64,000 nucleotides of DNA from an uncultured Victivallales bacterium (GCA_944391115.1 CALXSJ010000003.1:167574-231573), one strand, 5' to 3'. Positions 8,007-17,133 are shown, numbered from the stretch's first letter. Notes: generated by a model from the sequence alone, not told the origin. Made by a program: numbers and translations.

Positions 8007-10859
8007 TCAATATTCCAGATAGAAAATCCGGGTGACTTTTTCGGGAAGTTCCATGGTGAATTCCGTTGTGTTTTCTGCAATTTTTTCCCCGGAAAGCATT
8101 TCCGTGACTTTTACCGCTTTGCGTGGAAGTTTGATATGCTTTTTCCCCGCGGAGGAAGTATGGAGCATCAGGAACGATTCCCCCGGATAAAACACGTCGC
8201 CGCTGTCAATCCAGACATGGATGCCGGCCGATTGCGCCGCTTTCCGAATTTGCTTTCCTGAAATGCCGCCGGGCGAATAAGCGGAACGGAATCCATTCAC
8301 ATCCTTGAATTGCATGGCATTCAGACCTGTTGCACGAAATGACGGGAAATCACTTTTTTTCACGAAATCCAGCCCCGTCAACTGTTTCATGGAATCAAGG
8401 GACACTCCCTGTTCCGTCACATATCCCGGCGCGTAAATCCAAATTGCAGAGGCGTTATTCCTGCGCAATTTGCGGTGGATACATTCCGTTTTTTCGGGGG
8501 TTGACAAAAACTGATTCAGAAAAATATAGAGCTTATAATCCTTCATTTCCGGATTGTCCAGATCATCGGAAAGATAAATATCGCCCGCCAATCCGGAATG
8601 ATGAAGATTCTGCACGGTACCGAAAACAGCAGGTTTCAGGAACGCAGTCGCCCGTTCCGACCAGCAAATACTCTTGTAAGAAGGCTCGTCATAGATCAAG
8701 GCAATATCCGCAGGGGCCCTGCGGGAAACATTCAGAAATTTTTGACCGAGCTCCTGCAGGCGTGCTATTTCATTCATCATCGCTTCCGTATGAAACTGCT
8801 GATCTCCCGCCAAGGCAAACCACCAAACCCCGCTGCCTTTGGTCAGCATATATTCTGTCGTGCGCCGGAAAACTTCAATATTTTCGGATTCGCTTGGAAT
8901 GGTCACGAAATCAAAATCGGCAACTAAATGCGTGCGGTAATCCGCTTCATCCCAGAACATTTTACGGTGAAGCGCGAAGGAACCATTGAAATTTCCGATA
9001 TGGATGCCGGCCTCTCCGCCTTTTCGTTTGCTGTAATCGGTTGGAGTGCAGATAAAATCCACATTTTCATCTCGGAGAATTCCGCTTAAGGCTGAATGCC
9101 CCGAATTCAGCAGGGAACCATAGCCGGAATAGCGTTGCAGCATTTGATAACCATAGAAAAAGCCCACCAGTTTTTTCCCATGGGTCAGTTCCTTTACGAT
9201 TCCGGCCGCATTCTTTACAGAAGAAACCGTAATATTGTTGAGAAAGTCAAGATAATCCAGAATCGGACGAATTTTGCGCATATCACGGAAAAGTCCGTAA
9301 TCCATGCTCAGCCTTGATTCCGGAGAGGGAACCTTCACTTCGGAAAAAGATTTCAATCGGGTTCCCCATGTCCTGTTCAGCTCTGCAACTGTCCGGTATT
9401 TTCTCTCCATGGCATGCGCAAAATCCCGATGCGCAATCTCGGAATAATCCGTCAGTCCGATATCGGTTCCGTGATAATACCATTCGCTGGCCGCTCCTCC
9501 GGCAGGAAGATACCCGATCACATGACCGGCGTAATCGCTTTGCTCAATATGAGTAATCAGATCTCGCAGCATCCGGGAGCAGGACTGTGTCCATTCCGGA
9601 CTGGTAAGACCGCACCAGTATTTGGAACTCCGGTATTTTTTCTGATGAATATCCCAGGCGACAGAAATAAACTGCGGATTTTTCCTGAGCCACCACCACC
9701 AGGGAGTGTCCAGCTTGATTCTGAGGAGAATTTTTGCATTCGGAGACACCTTTGCAATGCTGCGGATATGTTCATCGACTGCCGCAAAATCATATTTTCC
9801 TTCCTCCTGCCACCAGCTGCCTGTTTTCGAATTTTTGTTATTGGTAGAAAGCATGGTGCTGAATAATGTGATTCCCGCGGCTGAAAAGTCCTTGATCGCT
9901 TCATAATTCGATTTTTCCGCCGAAGGCCACAATGCCGCAGGCCGCGGCATGAACATCATGGGATTGATATGTTTCCCATCAATGAATAATTGTGCTTCTC
10001 CCCGCGGAAAGATGATATCCGCAACGGTATTGCCCATCCTTCCGTCAGTCCTGGAAATGCTCCTGGCATATGCGGCCGTTCGTGGTAGAATCTTTTTGAA
10101 ATCAGGGTCAAAATCAGGATGTCTGATTTCAGGAAGCGGACGCTGGTCTTTCAAGGATTCCGAATTCCATATTTTTTTGATTACTGTTCCGGAAAGCGCT
10201 TCCCGAGTGATGGAAACTTTTGCAAAAGCTCCGCGGAACAGATTTGCAAAGCGGTTTCCAAACCGGGCAAATCCGAGGTTCAAAGTATCATCGCAAATCT
10301 TTACGGGATGGGACAGCGGAAGATCCGCCGTCAATATTCCGTTCAGATACAGTTTCACGGAAGAAGGCTCTACTGCCGCAACTGCCCAATTCCAGCGGTT
10401 TTCAACAGGTGAAATTTGATCCGCTTCCGGAAGATAGTGCTCTTTTGCGCAGATTCCATAATATCTGCATGTCTGCTGATTCCACCATTTAAATTCCAAT
10501 CTGGTCTTGTTCAGACCGAAAAAAAAGCCAAGATTATTTTCCGGCGCAAATGGCGTTTTGCCGAAAAGCAGTGCCTCCGGTGCAGAATTCCGGATTCTTT
10601 TATTGGGTGCGAACCAGACCGAGATGGTGAACGTATCCCTGTTTTTCACGTCTTCATCGACAATGATTCGGAATTGCGGCAGATAATTGTCCAAACGTCT
10701 ATCTTTCAGCGATTGCTTGCCGGCGCCAATAACGCCGCGCGGCAGAACACCCTTCGTGAAGTCATATTCTGCGGAGAATAAGTCTGCCGTGCAGACAATC
10801 ATTCCCGCAAATCCCGCTAAAATTCTGGACATCCAGTTTTGCTTCATTCTTATCATCAT
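8007..10859 (-). CDS. secreted LamG-domain + GH42-like (beta-galactosidase-like) glycoside hydrolase candidate
   Basis: 950 aa with a signal peptide (MSRILAGFAGMIVCTADLFSA). LamG-like block (TFTISVWF...VKLYLNGIL). TIM-barrel-like block (WWQEEGKYDFAAVDEHI; FAHAMERKYRTVAELNRTWGT). GH42M-like block (ADIALIYDEPSY; YKLYIFLNQFLS). Confidence 0.55.
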   Translation of the reverse strand: MMIRMKQNWMSRILAGFAGMIVCTADLFSAEYDFTKGVLPRGVIGAGKQSLKDRRLDNYLPQFRIIVDEDVKNRDTFTISVWFAPNKRIRNSAPEALLFGKTPFAPENNLGFFFGLNKTRLEFKWWNQQTCRYYGICAKEHYLPEADQISPVENRWNWAVAAVEPSSVKLYLNGILTADLPLSHPVKICDDTLNLGFARFGNRFANLFRGAFAKVSITREALSGTVIKKIWNSESLKDQRPLPEIRHPDFDPDFKKILPRTAAYARSISRTDGRMGNTVADIIFPRGEAQLFIDGKHINPMMFMPRPAALWPSAEKSNYEAIKDFSAAGITLFSTMLSTNNKNSKTGSWWQEEGKYDFAAVDEHIRSIAKVSPNAKILLRIKLDTPWWWWLRKNPQFISVAWDIHQKKYRSSKYWCGLTSPEWTQSCSRMLRDLITHIEQSDYAGHVIGYLPAGGAASEWYYHGTDIGLTDYSEIAHRDFAHAMERKYRTVAELNRTWGTRLKSFSEVKVPSPESRLSMDYGLFRDMRKIRPILDYLDFLNNITVSSVKNAAGIVKELTHGKKLVGFFYGYQMLQRYSGYGSLLNSGHSALSGILRDENVDFICTPTDYSKRKGGEAGIHIGNFNGSFALHRKMFWDEADYRTHLVADFDFVTIPSESENIEVFRRTTEYMLTKGSGVWWFALAGDQQFHTEAMMNEIARLQELGQKFLNVSRRAPADIALIYDEPSYKSICWSERATAFLKPAVFGTVQNLHHSGLAGDIYLSDDLDNPEMKDYKLYIFLNQFLSTPEKTECIHRKLRRNNASAIWIYAPGYVTEQGVSLDSMKQLTGLDFVKKSDFPSFRATGLNAMQFKDVNGFRSAYSPGGISGKQIRKAAQSAGIHVWIDSGDVFYPGESFLMLHTSSAGKKHIKLPRKAVKVTEMLSGEKIAENTTEFTMELPEKVTRIFYLEY

Positions 10860-10865
10860 CCTGTT

Positions 10866-11660
10866 TTACGGCAATATGCAATAATAAAAACGTCCCCACT
10901 GCCGATATCCGGCCGCATTCGTAAAAGGCCGCAGTGCATATCCGTTTGCCATAGTTGAATTCAATGTGGCCACATGTCCGTCAACCATCAATACATTGGC
11001 TTTCCGGTTATGAATCAAGGATAGTCCGCGTGTAACGGAGCTTGTTCGATAATCAAGCAGTCCAGTATATCCGTCGCTGCTCAAAATCTCAAAATAAAAA
11101 TCAGGACGCTGTTGACTGGTCAGCCAGTTGTCTCCAGTCCAGCCCCAATCGGAAGGCGTGTGAAGCCGGGAAAGAATATATCCGTGATAACTGGAACCTC
11201 CATTCCAGGTAATTGGAGAGAGCTGTGCCAGTCTTCCGCACAGGCCATATGTCTGCAAATATGTTGCCGTGTCGGAAAATTGATTTGACGGACAAAAAAA
11301 TACGTTCTGCTTCCTGGCGGTCAAATCCTTTTTGGTCAAATCCTTTTTTCTGTAAAGGAGAGAAAGAATCCTCCCCCATGGCTGAGCTTCGGAATATTCC
11401 TGTGTCATTTGGGAGGGCGTAATGGAATGATTCTTAAAATCGTCTGCATAATTCTGCAGCATAAGGAAACACTGACGCTGATTGGAAACACAATTTATGG
11501 CATATCCGCGTTTCCTGACGTTACTCAATGCAGGCAACAGCATGCCAGCCAGAATTGCAATGATCGCAATTACGATGAGAAGCTCTATCAAGGTAAATAT
11601 TTTCAATTTCAGTCCTGTATCCTCCCTGCAGCGTCCTTTTTCTTTGAAAAACAATCGCAT
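10866..11660 (-). CDS. prepilin-type N-terminal helix / H-X9-DG family pseudopilin-like protein
   Basis: N-terminal [24 protein letters not shown] and C-terminal [12 protein letters not shown] (exact H-X9-DG). AGGAGG sits 2 nt upstream of the ATG. Confidence 0.85.
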   Translation of the reverse strand: MRLFFKEKGRCREDTGLKLKIFTLIELLIVIAIIAILAGMLLPALSNVRKRGYAINCVSNQRQCFLMLQNYADDFKNHSITPSQMTQEYSEAQPWGRILSLLYRKKDLTKKDLTARKQNVFFCPSNQFSDTATYLQTYGLCGRLAQLSPITWNGGSSYHGYILSRLHTPSDWGWTGDNWLTSQQRPDFYFEILSSDGYTGLLDYRTSSVTRGLSLIHNRKANVLMVDGHVATLNSTMANGYALRPFTNAAGYRQWGRFYYCILP

Positions 11661-11688
11661 CGCCTCCTGATCTTGTTTTCTGTTATCT

Positions 11689-11716
11689 ATTATAATGAAA
11701 AAAACAATTTTGTCAA
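11689..11716 (-). promoter_or_regulatory. consensus sigma70 promoter for the pseudopilin/GH42-like operon
   Basis: On the minus strand, TTGACA (11716-11711), 16 nt, TATAAT (11694-11689). The palindrome TCAATTGA (11713-11720) overlaps the -35. Confidence 0.6.
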
Positions 11717-11727
11717 TTGAACAAAGG

Positions 11728-11756
11728 TTGCAAAACTTGTCTTTATGATGTATTCT
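11728..11756 (+). promoter_or_regulatory. candidate promoter driving leader copy A / AraC gene
   Basis: TTGCAA (11728-11733), 17 nt, TATTCT (11751-11756). The conserved leader begins a few nt downstream. Confidence 0.4.
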
Positions 11757-11761
11757 ATCGA

Positions 11762-11930
11762 ATAAATGAAAGAATGAACAGCCGCGATGCCGCGCATACA
11801 GGGGAATCGGGAAAATTCCCCCTGCGGCGGCCAGTCTTTTTCCGCAGGACCGCGGCAGGACTGGAGTTCCCGCATGAAAGGCGGTTTATGATGCCAAGGC
11901 GCTGCGGTTTCAAAACCGTTTTTTTCTTTT
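11762..11930 (+). ncRNA. candidate structured 5' leader / sRNA, copy A (paralog of 28222-28370)
   Basis: About 82% identity to copy B over the first ~73 aligned nt. Hairpin GGGGAAT/ATTCCCC (11801-11821). Helix CCAGTCTT/AGGACTGG (11831-38/11857-64) enclosing CCGC/GCGG. Ends with a small hairpin plus T7 (11919-11925). Confidence 0.45.
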
Positions 11931-11956
11931 GAATCAACGTCTCTTGGAGAAAAAAT

Positions 11957-12772
11957 ATGTATTTCGCACGCTACCGTTCCATTCCGGCGGATAAGATTCC
12001 GCCGATGCCGCTTGCGCTGAAAGGTGTCGGAAGATATCTGGCATACGCGGGATGGGAGGAAAAGAATGACGGAATTTACCGTCCGCACTGCGGAATGTTC
12101 TGGTGCAGAAGCGGAAAAGCGGCATTCGTAATTGGAACCCGGAATTGTACGCTCGAAGCGGAACAGGCAGTTTATTATTATCCTTTTGAAGCACATAAGA
12201 TTCATGTCATCAGCAGTTCCTTCGATTACTACTGGATGATATTCGACGGAATTGACGCTGCCGGTGTTCTCGGCATGTTCCAATATCCGAGGGAACCGTT
12301 TCACGCAGGTCCGCCGCCCGAAGAAATTTTCCGCCAGGCGTATGAAAGTTTAGAGGGGCTGAGTGATGCTGCTCGTTATCTCAGCGGAGCTCTTGTCTAC
12401 CGGATTCTGTCTCTTGCTGGCTCTCCGGCAGAGGCTCAAAAAGAGAAATCAAAAGAAGCGCATCTTGTTACCCGCTTCAGGCAGATTGTCGCTGAAGAAG
12501 CGGGAAACAGGGAACTGAATCTTATCAAAATTGCGGAACGGCTTCAATGTCATCGGACGACACTGACGCGGCTCGTCAAAAAGGAACTCGGAATCGTTCC
12601 CGCACAGTATCTGAATCATGTACGTCTTCAGAATGCCCTGGAACTGCTGGACAACAGCAATCTGACCGCCGCGGAAATCGGTGAAATCTGCGGATTCGCC
12701 ACACCGGAATATTTTTCCAGAAAGTTCAAGCAGCTCACGGGGGAACCTCCACGGCGTTTCAGGAACCACTGA
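11957..12772 (+). CDS. AraC-family transcriptional regulator
   Basis: 271 aa. C-terminal double HTH (IAERLQCHRTTLTRLVKKELG...; AAEIGEICGFATPEYFSRKFKQLTGEPPRRFR) with an N-terminal cupin-like sensor. Confidence 0.85.
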   Translation: MYFARYRSIPADKIPPMPLALKGVGRYLAYAGWEEKNDGIYRPHCGMFWCRSGKAAFVIGTRNCTLEAEQAVYYYPFEAHKIHVISSSFDYYWMIFDGIDAAGVLGMFQYPREPFHAGPPPEEIFRQAYESLEGLSDAARYLSGALVYRILSLAGSPAEAQKEKSKEAHLVTRFRQIVAEEAGNRELNLIKIAERLQCHRTTLTRLVKKELGIVPAQYLNHVRLQNALELLDNSNLTAAEIGEICGFATPEYFSRKFKQLTGEPPRRFRNH

Positions 12773-13048
12773 ATTCAGAAAGAAAATACGGTTTTCCGGA
12801 ATTGTGAGATTGAAAAATTGCCTGTTCGGACAACCGTGTCATGCAGGGCGGATTCCTAGGGCGGATGTGAACGGGAAATTTTCCTCTGTGCGGAGAGGAC
12901 TGGAAGACCGTGGAAGCGGAGGACGGCGCAAAGCGGACCGGGAATTTTCCGTCATGCTTGCAGCTTCGTCCGGTTCATGTTATATTGCGGCATAGACCGA
13001 TGGAAAACTTTTGCTTCCCATATAGGGATGAAAAAAGGAGAAGGGGCG

Positions 13049-13975
13049 ATGCTTGACAATATTCTCACGGCTTTGTGGCTGGCTCTGGCGCCCGCCGTGT
13101 TGTGGGCTGTTCCCCGGACACGGCGGATGACGGGAGACTGGATGACGGCGCTCCGGAATGTGCCGCCGGGATGTCTTGTCACATTCCTGCTGCCTGTTCT
13201 TGCCTATTTCTGTCTTGATTTCCTGGGCAATGAAAAAGAACTGTTTATCCTGCGCCGCGTCTGGCATCCGTTCTGGATTGGTGTCTTCTCCATTCTCGCA
13301 GGTCTGGGCCTGATCGCCTTCCTGAACCGTGTTTCGCATTCCAGACACCCGCCGGAACGGAAAACATCCTTTCTCCCGTATGTCGCGGTGTATGTGTTTT
13401 ATGCTGTTACCGCGATTGTCCTTTCCACTCTGATTTCCTTTGCCGTTATGATGCGGAACCCCTCCGGCTTCCGGGGAAACTGGCGGACCAGCCTCCTGCC
13501 GCCGGAAAACGGTGTGCGTGTCGCGTTTCAGCAGGCTGCGATTCACCCGTTTCTTGCCGAATACGACTACCGCCTCCGCTTCCGGAGCGGCTCTTCCGAA
13601 GAATACCGTGCGCTCCAGACCAATACGGGCGGACGGACGCATTTCAATCTCTACCGTCTGAAAGACGGCCGTCTTCTTTTCTCCGACAAGGATCATGACT
13701 ATCTTGTGGATGTCCCCTCCCGGAAAATCGACTATCTCTTCCGGCATGGCGGAACGTTTTATACCGTCCCATATCGGCATCACGGATTTCGTTCCCGCGG
13801 CCGGTCGGAATCCGGCGGCGTCGTGGAGTTCACTTTTGACGGAAAAACCGTGAAGGCCTTTCCCGCCGATCCCGCTCTGCTGGAAGGCAAGACCTATTAC
13901 GGCTGCCTGACAGACGACTTCTATTCCGCTTCCGAAAAGGGCGAAACGCCTGTGGAAAAACGCAATCCCTTCTGA
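13049..13975 (+). CDS. hypothetical membrane protein (about 4 TM segments + soluble C-terminal domain)
   Basis: Hydrophobic segments include LTALWLALAPAVLWAV, LVTFLLPVLAYFCL and FWIGVFSILAGLGLIAFL. ATG at 13049 is preceded by AAGGAG (13035-13040). The ORF track allows earlier starts at 12977 and 13028. Confidence 0.5.
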   Translation: MLDNILTALWLALAPAVLWAVPRTRRMTGDWMTALRNVPPGCLVTFLLPVLAYFCLDFLGNEKELFILRRVWHPFWIGVFSILAGLGLIAFLNRVSHSRHPPERKTSFLPYVAVYVFYAVTAIVLSTLISFAVMMRNPSGFRGNWRTSLLPPENGVRVAFQQAAIHPFLAEYDYRLRFRSGSSEEYRALQTNTGGRTHFNLYRLKDGRLLFSDKDHDYLVDVPSRKIDYLFRHGGTFYTVPYRHHGFRSRGRSESGGVVEFTFDGKTVKAFPADPALLEGKTYYGCLTDDFYSASEKGETPVEKRNPF

Positions 13976-13992
13976 CGGCGTGCATTTGTGCG

Positions 13993-15282
13993 TCAGTGCT
14001 GTTCCAGGGCAATCTCCACGCCGAGCCCCGTGAGTTTCGCGCAGATGTCCTCGTAGCCCCGGAAAATCGTATCGGCATTGTTGAGCACGGAGCGGCCGCG
14101 CGCGCAGATCGCGGCAAGCACCATCGCCATGCCCGCGCGGATGTCCGGACTGGACATTTCAATGCCGCGCAGTTTCGCCGGCCCGGAGATCACGACGCGG
14201 TGCGGATCGCAGACCACCGCGTTCGCTCCCATCGCAATGAGACGGTCCACAAAGTAGATGCGGCTTTCAAACATTTTTTCAAAAAAGAGAACCGATCCTT
14301 TCGCCTGCGTCGCGCAGACGATGAGACAGCTCATCATGTCGCTGGGGAACTGCGGCCACGGCCCGTCGGAGATTTGCGGGATCGCATTGCCGAAGTCCGG
14401 CTGGATCTTCATGCGCTGTCCGCCGGGAACCTCGATCCGGTCCGGATGGAGTTTGAAGCGGATGCCGATGCGCTCGAACACGCGGCGCGTCATCCAGTAG
14501 TCGCGCGGTGTGAGACGGCCCTCGATATTGACGGAGCCGCGCGTGCAGGCCGCAAGCGCGATGAAGCTTGCCGCCTCGATATGGTCTCCCTCGATCGAGA
14601 CCTCCGCGCCGTGAAGTTCCGGATTGCCCTTGATGACGAGCGTGTTGGAGTCAAGTCCCGTGATTTCCGCGCCCATTTTGATCAGCATCTCGCCAAGCTG
14701 CCGCACATGCGGTTCGGATGCGGCATTGCGGAGGATCGTCGTGCCCCGGCAGGCGGCGGCGGTCATGAGAATGTGTTCGGTCGCGGTCACGCTCGCCTCG
14801 TCGAGAAAGATTTCGCTTCCGTGCATGCCGCGCGGCGTAGTCCGGAATTCGAACGGGATGGAATCTCCCTGAATGACCGAACCGAGTTTTTTCAGTCCGT
14901 AAAAATGCGAGTCGAGACGGCGGCGGCCGATCACGTCCCCGCCCGGCGGATAGATCGTCGCTTCGCCGCAGCGTACGGAAAGCGGTCCCGCAAGCAGGAT
15001 CGAGGTGCGCAGCGCGGAACAGAGAGAACGCGGAATTTCGCTCTTTGTAATGTTTTTCGCGTTGATCCGGACCGTCTTTCCCGAACGCGTGACCTTTGCC
15101 CCGAGATGCCGGATGATTTTCAGCATCACGTCCGCGTCGCTGATGGCGGGCACGTCGTGCATGACGATTTCCTCCTTTGTGAGAATGGAGGCCGCGATCA
15201 TCGGCAGAACCGCGTTTTTGTTTCCGCCGACCGTTACATTTCCGGAGATTTCCGCTCCGCCGCTGATGACAAGACTTCGCAT
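13993..15282 (-). CDS. murA: UDP-N-acetylglucosamine 1-carboxyvinyltransferase
   Basis: 429 aa. MRSLVISGGAEISGNVTVGGNKNAVLPMIAASIL and full-length MurA/EPSP-fold similarity. Confidence 0.95.
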   Translation of the reverse strand: MRSLVISGGAEISGNVTVGGNKNAVLPMIAASILTKEEIVMHDVPAISDADVMLKIIRHLGAKVTRSGKTVRINAKNITKSEIPRSLCSALRTSILLAGPLSVRCGEATIYPPGGDVIGRRRLDSHFYGLKKLGSVIQGDSIPFEFRTTPRGMHGSEIFLDEASVTATEHILMTAAACRGTTILRNAASEPHVRQLGEMLIKMGAEITGLDSNTLVIKGNPELHGAEVSIEGDHIEAASFIALAACTRGSVNIEGRLTPRDYWMTRRVFERIGIRFKLHPDRIEVPGGQRMKIQPDFGNAIPQISDGPWPQFPSDMMSCLIVCATQAKGSVLFFEKMFESRIYFVDRLIAMGANAVVCDPHRVVISGPAKLRGIEMSSPDIRAGMAMVLAAICARGRSVLNNADTIFRGYEDICAKLTGLGVEIALEQH

Positions 15283-16013
15283 GTGTTTGATTCTTTCTGC
15301 TGGTTCGGGTGAAGGAGCCGTTCGTATTTCATTTCCTGATATTCTTCTTCTGAAAGAATGCCGTCCATCCGGAGAACGTCGAGAACGACATAGGTGTGGA
15401 GCGGCGTGAAGGGTTTGCGTTCGTCATACTGGCGCGTGACAAGTTCAATCTCAGCTTCCGTCAGCAGACGGTTTTCCCGCATTTCCGCAAGCGCTTCGAG
15501 AAATGCCGCGCGATTCCTGTAAACGCGTTCCGGTTCACGCAGAACGCGCGCCATGATCCGGCGCAGTTCCCGGAGAAATGCGGCGCTTTGTTTTGAGTCG
15601 CGCCATCCGATCCGGACCGCCAGGCCGTCATATCCTTCAACGGAGGGGAAAAAATAGACCGCCTCCGTCAGGAGGAGAAGAGCCGATACGGCGGCGAGCA
15701 GGGAAAATACAAGAATGCAGAGCGCCGGAATCTCCGGAAGAAGTCCGCACCATGCGAAAAGCAGGAACGGATACGGAAGAAGCAGAAGCGCGGCGAGAAG
15801 CTTCGGAAAGGACGGATCCAGACAGCGCAGACGTTTCCTTTCCGGCAGCGGAATGGCGGAGGAGAGGGGATGTTCGGCGGTTCTGGTTTTTCCGCCGGGA
15901 AAGCAGCGTTCCTGAATTTCCAGAACTCCGTCGTCGCGGATCCTGTACCGGCGTGTTTGCAGCAGCCATCCGCAATTGTAGGTTTCCATTCCCGCATCTC
16001 CCTTGTTTCCCAT
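15234..16013 (-). CDS. hypothetical membrane protein with C-terminal SHOCT-like motif
   Basis: Two central TM segments (LLAALLLLPYPFLLFAW, ALCILVFSLLAAVSALLLL). C-terminal GILSEEEYQEMKYERLL resembles the SHOCT motif. Alternative start at 15989 (METYN) has an AGGGAG RBS. The 3' end overlaps murA by 49 nt. Confidence 0.5.
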   Translation of the reverse strand: MGNKGDAGMETYNCGWLLQTRRYRIRDDGVLEIQERCFPGGKTRTAEHPLSSAIPLPERKRLRCLDPSFPKLLAALLLLPYPFLLFAWCGLLPEIPALCILVFSLLAAVSALLLLTEAVYFFPSVEGYDGLAVRIGWRDSKQSAAFLRELRRIMARVLREPERVYRNRAAFLEALAEMRENRLLTEAEIELVTRQYDERKPFTPLHTYVVLDVLRMDGILSEEEYQEMKYERLLHPNQQKESNTCEVLSSAAERKSPEM

Positions 16014-16239
16014 GGAGATTTTACATCATTTCATGCGCAATTCAAGCGTGAAACGGGAAAGATTGCATGATTTTTCCTGAAAAGCTGCGTTCCTCCGGAA
16101 GACCTTGGAAACGCAAGGGAACTCCCCCTTGCGGCAAATGTTTTTCCGGAGCGGTCCGGAAGGGATGGTTTCACCCGCATCGGAAGCGGATCGGGGTTGG
16201 AATTCCGGATGTTTCGGAATCCCGGTTTCGGCAGGGAGT

Positions 16240-16905
16240 TCAGAGGCAGGTTTCGGGAATGCGCTTCTGCTGCCATGCGTTTTTCCCGTGTGCGGATTCC
16301 GGCGTGAAGGTGTCAGCCGTCCGTGTCCGGCTGAAAAAGGGTTCGCGCCCTTCGACTTTTCCGCACAGGGCGTCGAGAAGCTCCGCGGGCGAGCTGTGGA
16401 CATTAATCAGCTTCAGGTCCGTGTCCCTGAGAAGTCCGCGGCGGCATGCATTGCGGAGAAAGCGCAGAAGGTCGTCATAGTATCCGTTGACGTTCAGGAG
16501 TCCGCAGGGTTTGCTGTGATTCCGGATCTGGAGGAGACAGAGCGCGTCGAAGAATTCATCCAGTGTTCCGAATCCCCCGGGCAGCGCCAGCCATGCGTCG
16601 GAAAGTTCCAGCATCAGCGCCTTCCGTTCGGCCATGCTGCCGACGATGCAGGTGCGGGTGAGATTGGTCTGGAGTTCCTCCAGGAAATGTCCGCGCGGAT
16701 AGACGCCTGTGACCTCGCCGCCGTTCCGGAGCACGGAGTCGGCGATCCGTTTCATGAGACCGACGCAGGAACCGCCGTAGACCAGTTCGATTTCCCGGCA
16801 TGCCAGCTCTCTTCCCAGTTCTTCCGCCGCTTTGCCGAATGCCGGGTCCAGGCCGTTTTTCGAGGCGCAGTAAACCGCCACTTTCTTCACTTTTCCATTG
16901 ATCAT
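16240..16905 (-). CDS. LOG-family (TIGR00730) nucleotide 5'-monophosphate nucleosidase-like protein
   Basis: VAVYCAS...LVYGGSCVGLM...LALPGGFGTLDEFF (PGGxGTxxE motif). Confidence 0.8.
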   Translation of the reverse strand: MINGKVKKVAVYCASKNGLDPAFGKAAEELGRELACREIELVYGGSCVGLMKRIADSVLRNGGEVTGVYPRGHFLEELQTNLTRTCIVGSMAERKALMLELSDAWLALPGGFGTLDEFFDALCLLQIRNHSKPCGLLNVNGYYDDLLRFLRNACRRGLLRDTDLKLINVHSSPAELLDALCGKVEGREPFFSRTRTADTFTPESAHGKNAWQQKRIPETCL

Positions 16906-17133
16906 CCTGTTTCCTTTCCGATTTGTTCAGGAGTTGCGGAACATTACAGCAGAATGTGCTTCCCTGCAAGAGGGAAACGCCGGAACTGACGGAATCGGAA
17001 CAGATTCCGAACACGTTTCAAATATTTCCCTCCGGCGCCGTCAAAAAAAACGCTTTTTTTACTTTTGACGCATTGAAAACACCGGAAAAGGCGATACCTT
17101 AAATATTCAGATAATAAAACAGGATGTTCAAAT

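Noticed and set aside
11795-11840. Possible cobalamin riboswitch core in the leader (AGGGGAAUCGGGAAAAUUCCCCCUGCGGCGGCCAGUC superficially resembles GGGAA..GGUG.AAAUCC...GCCACUG).
   Set aside because: The pairing register differs: GGGGAAU pairs with AUUCCCC here. The B12 box GCCACUG is absent (GCCAGUC instead). Copy B diverges exactly where the cobalamin core is invariant. Downstream genes are transcription factors, not B12-related.
11774-11932. Small ORFs inside the two leaders ([15 protein letters not shown]... at 11774-11932; MNSPGAEHAGNRGF... at 28226-28468) as conserved leader peptides.
   Set aside because: The peptide similarity is confined to segments where the nucleotide sequences align in phase. 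A 1-nt indel at CCAGUC/CCGUC throws the frames apart while nucleotide conservation and base pairing continue, and the copy B ORF runs into the GntR gene. A short uORF at the very 5' end cannot be excluded.
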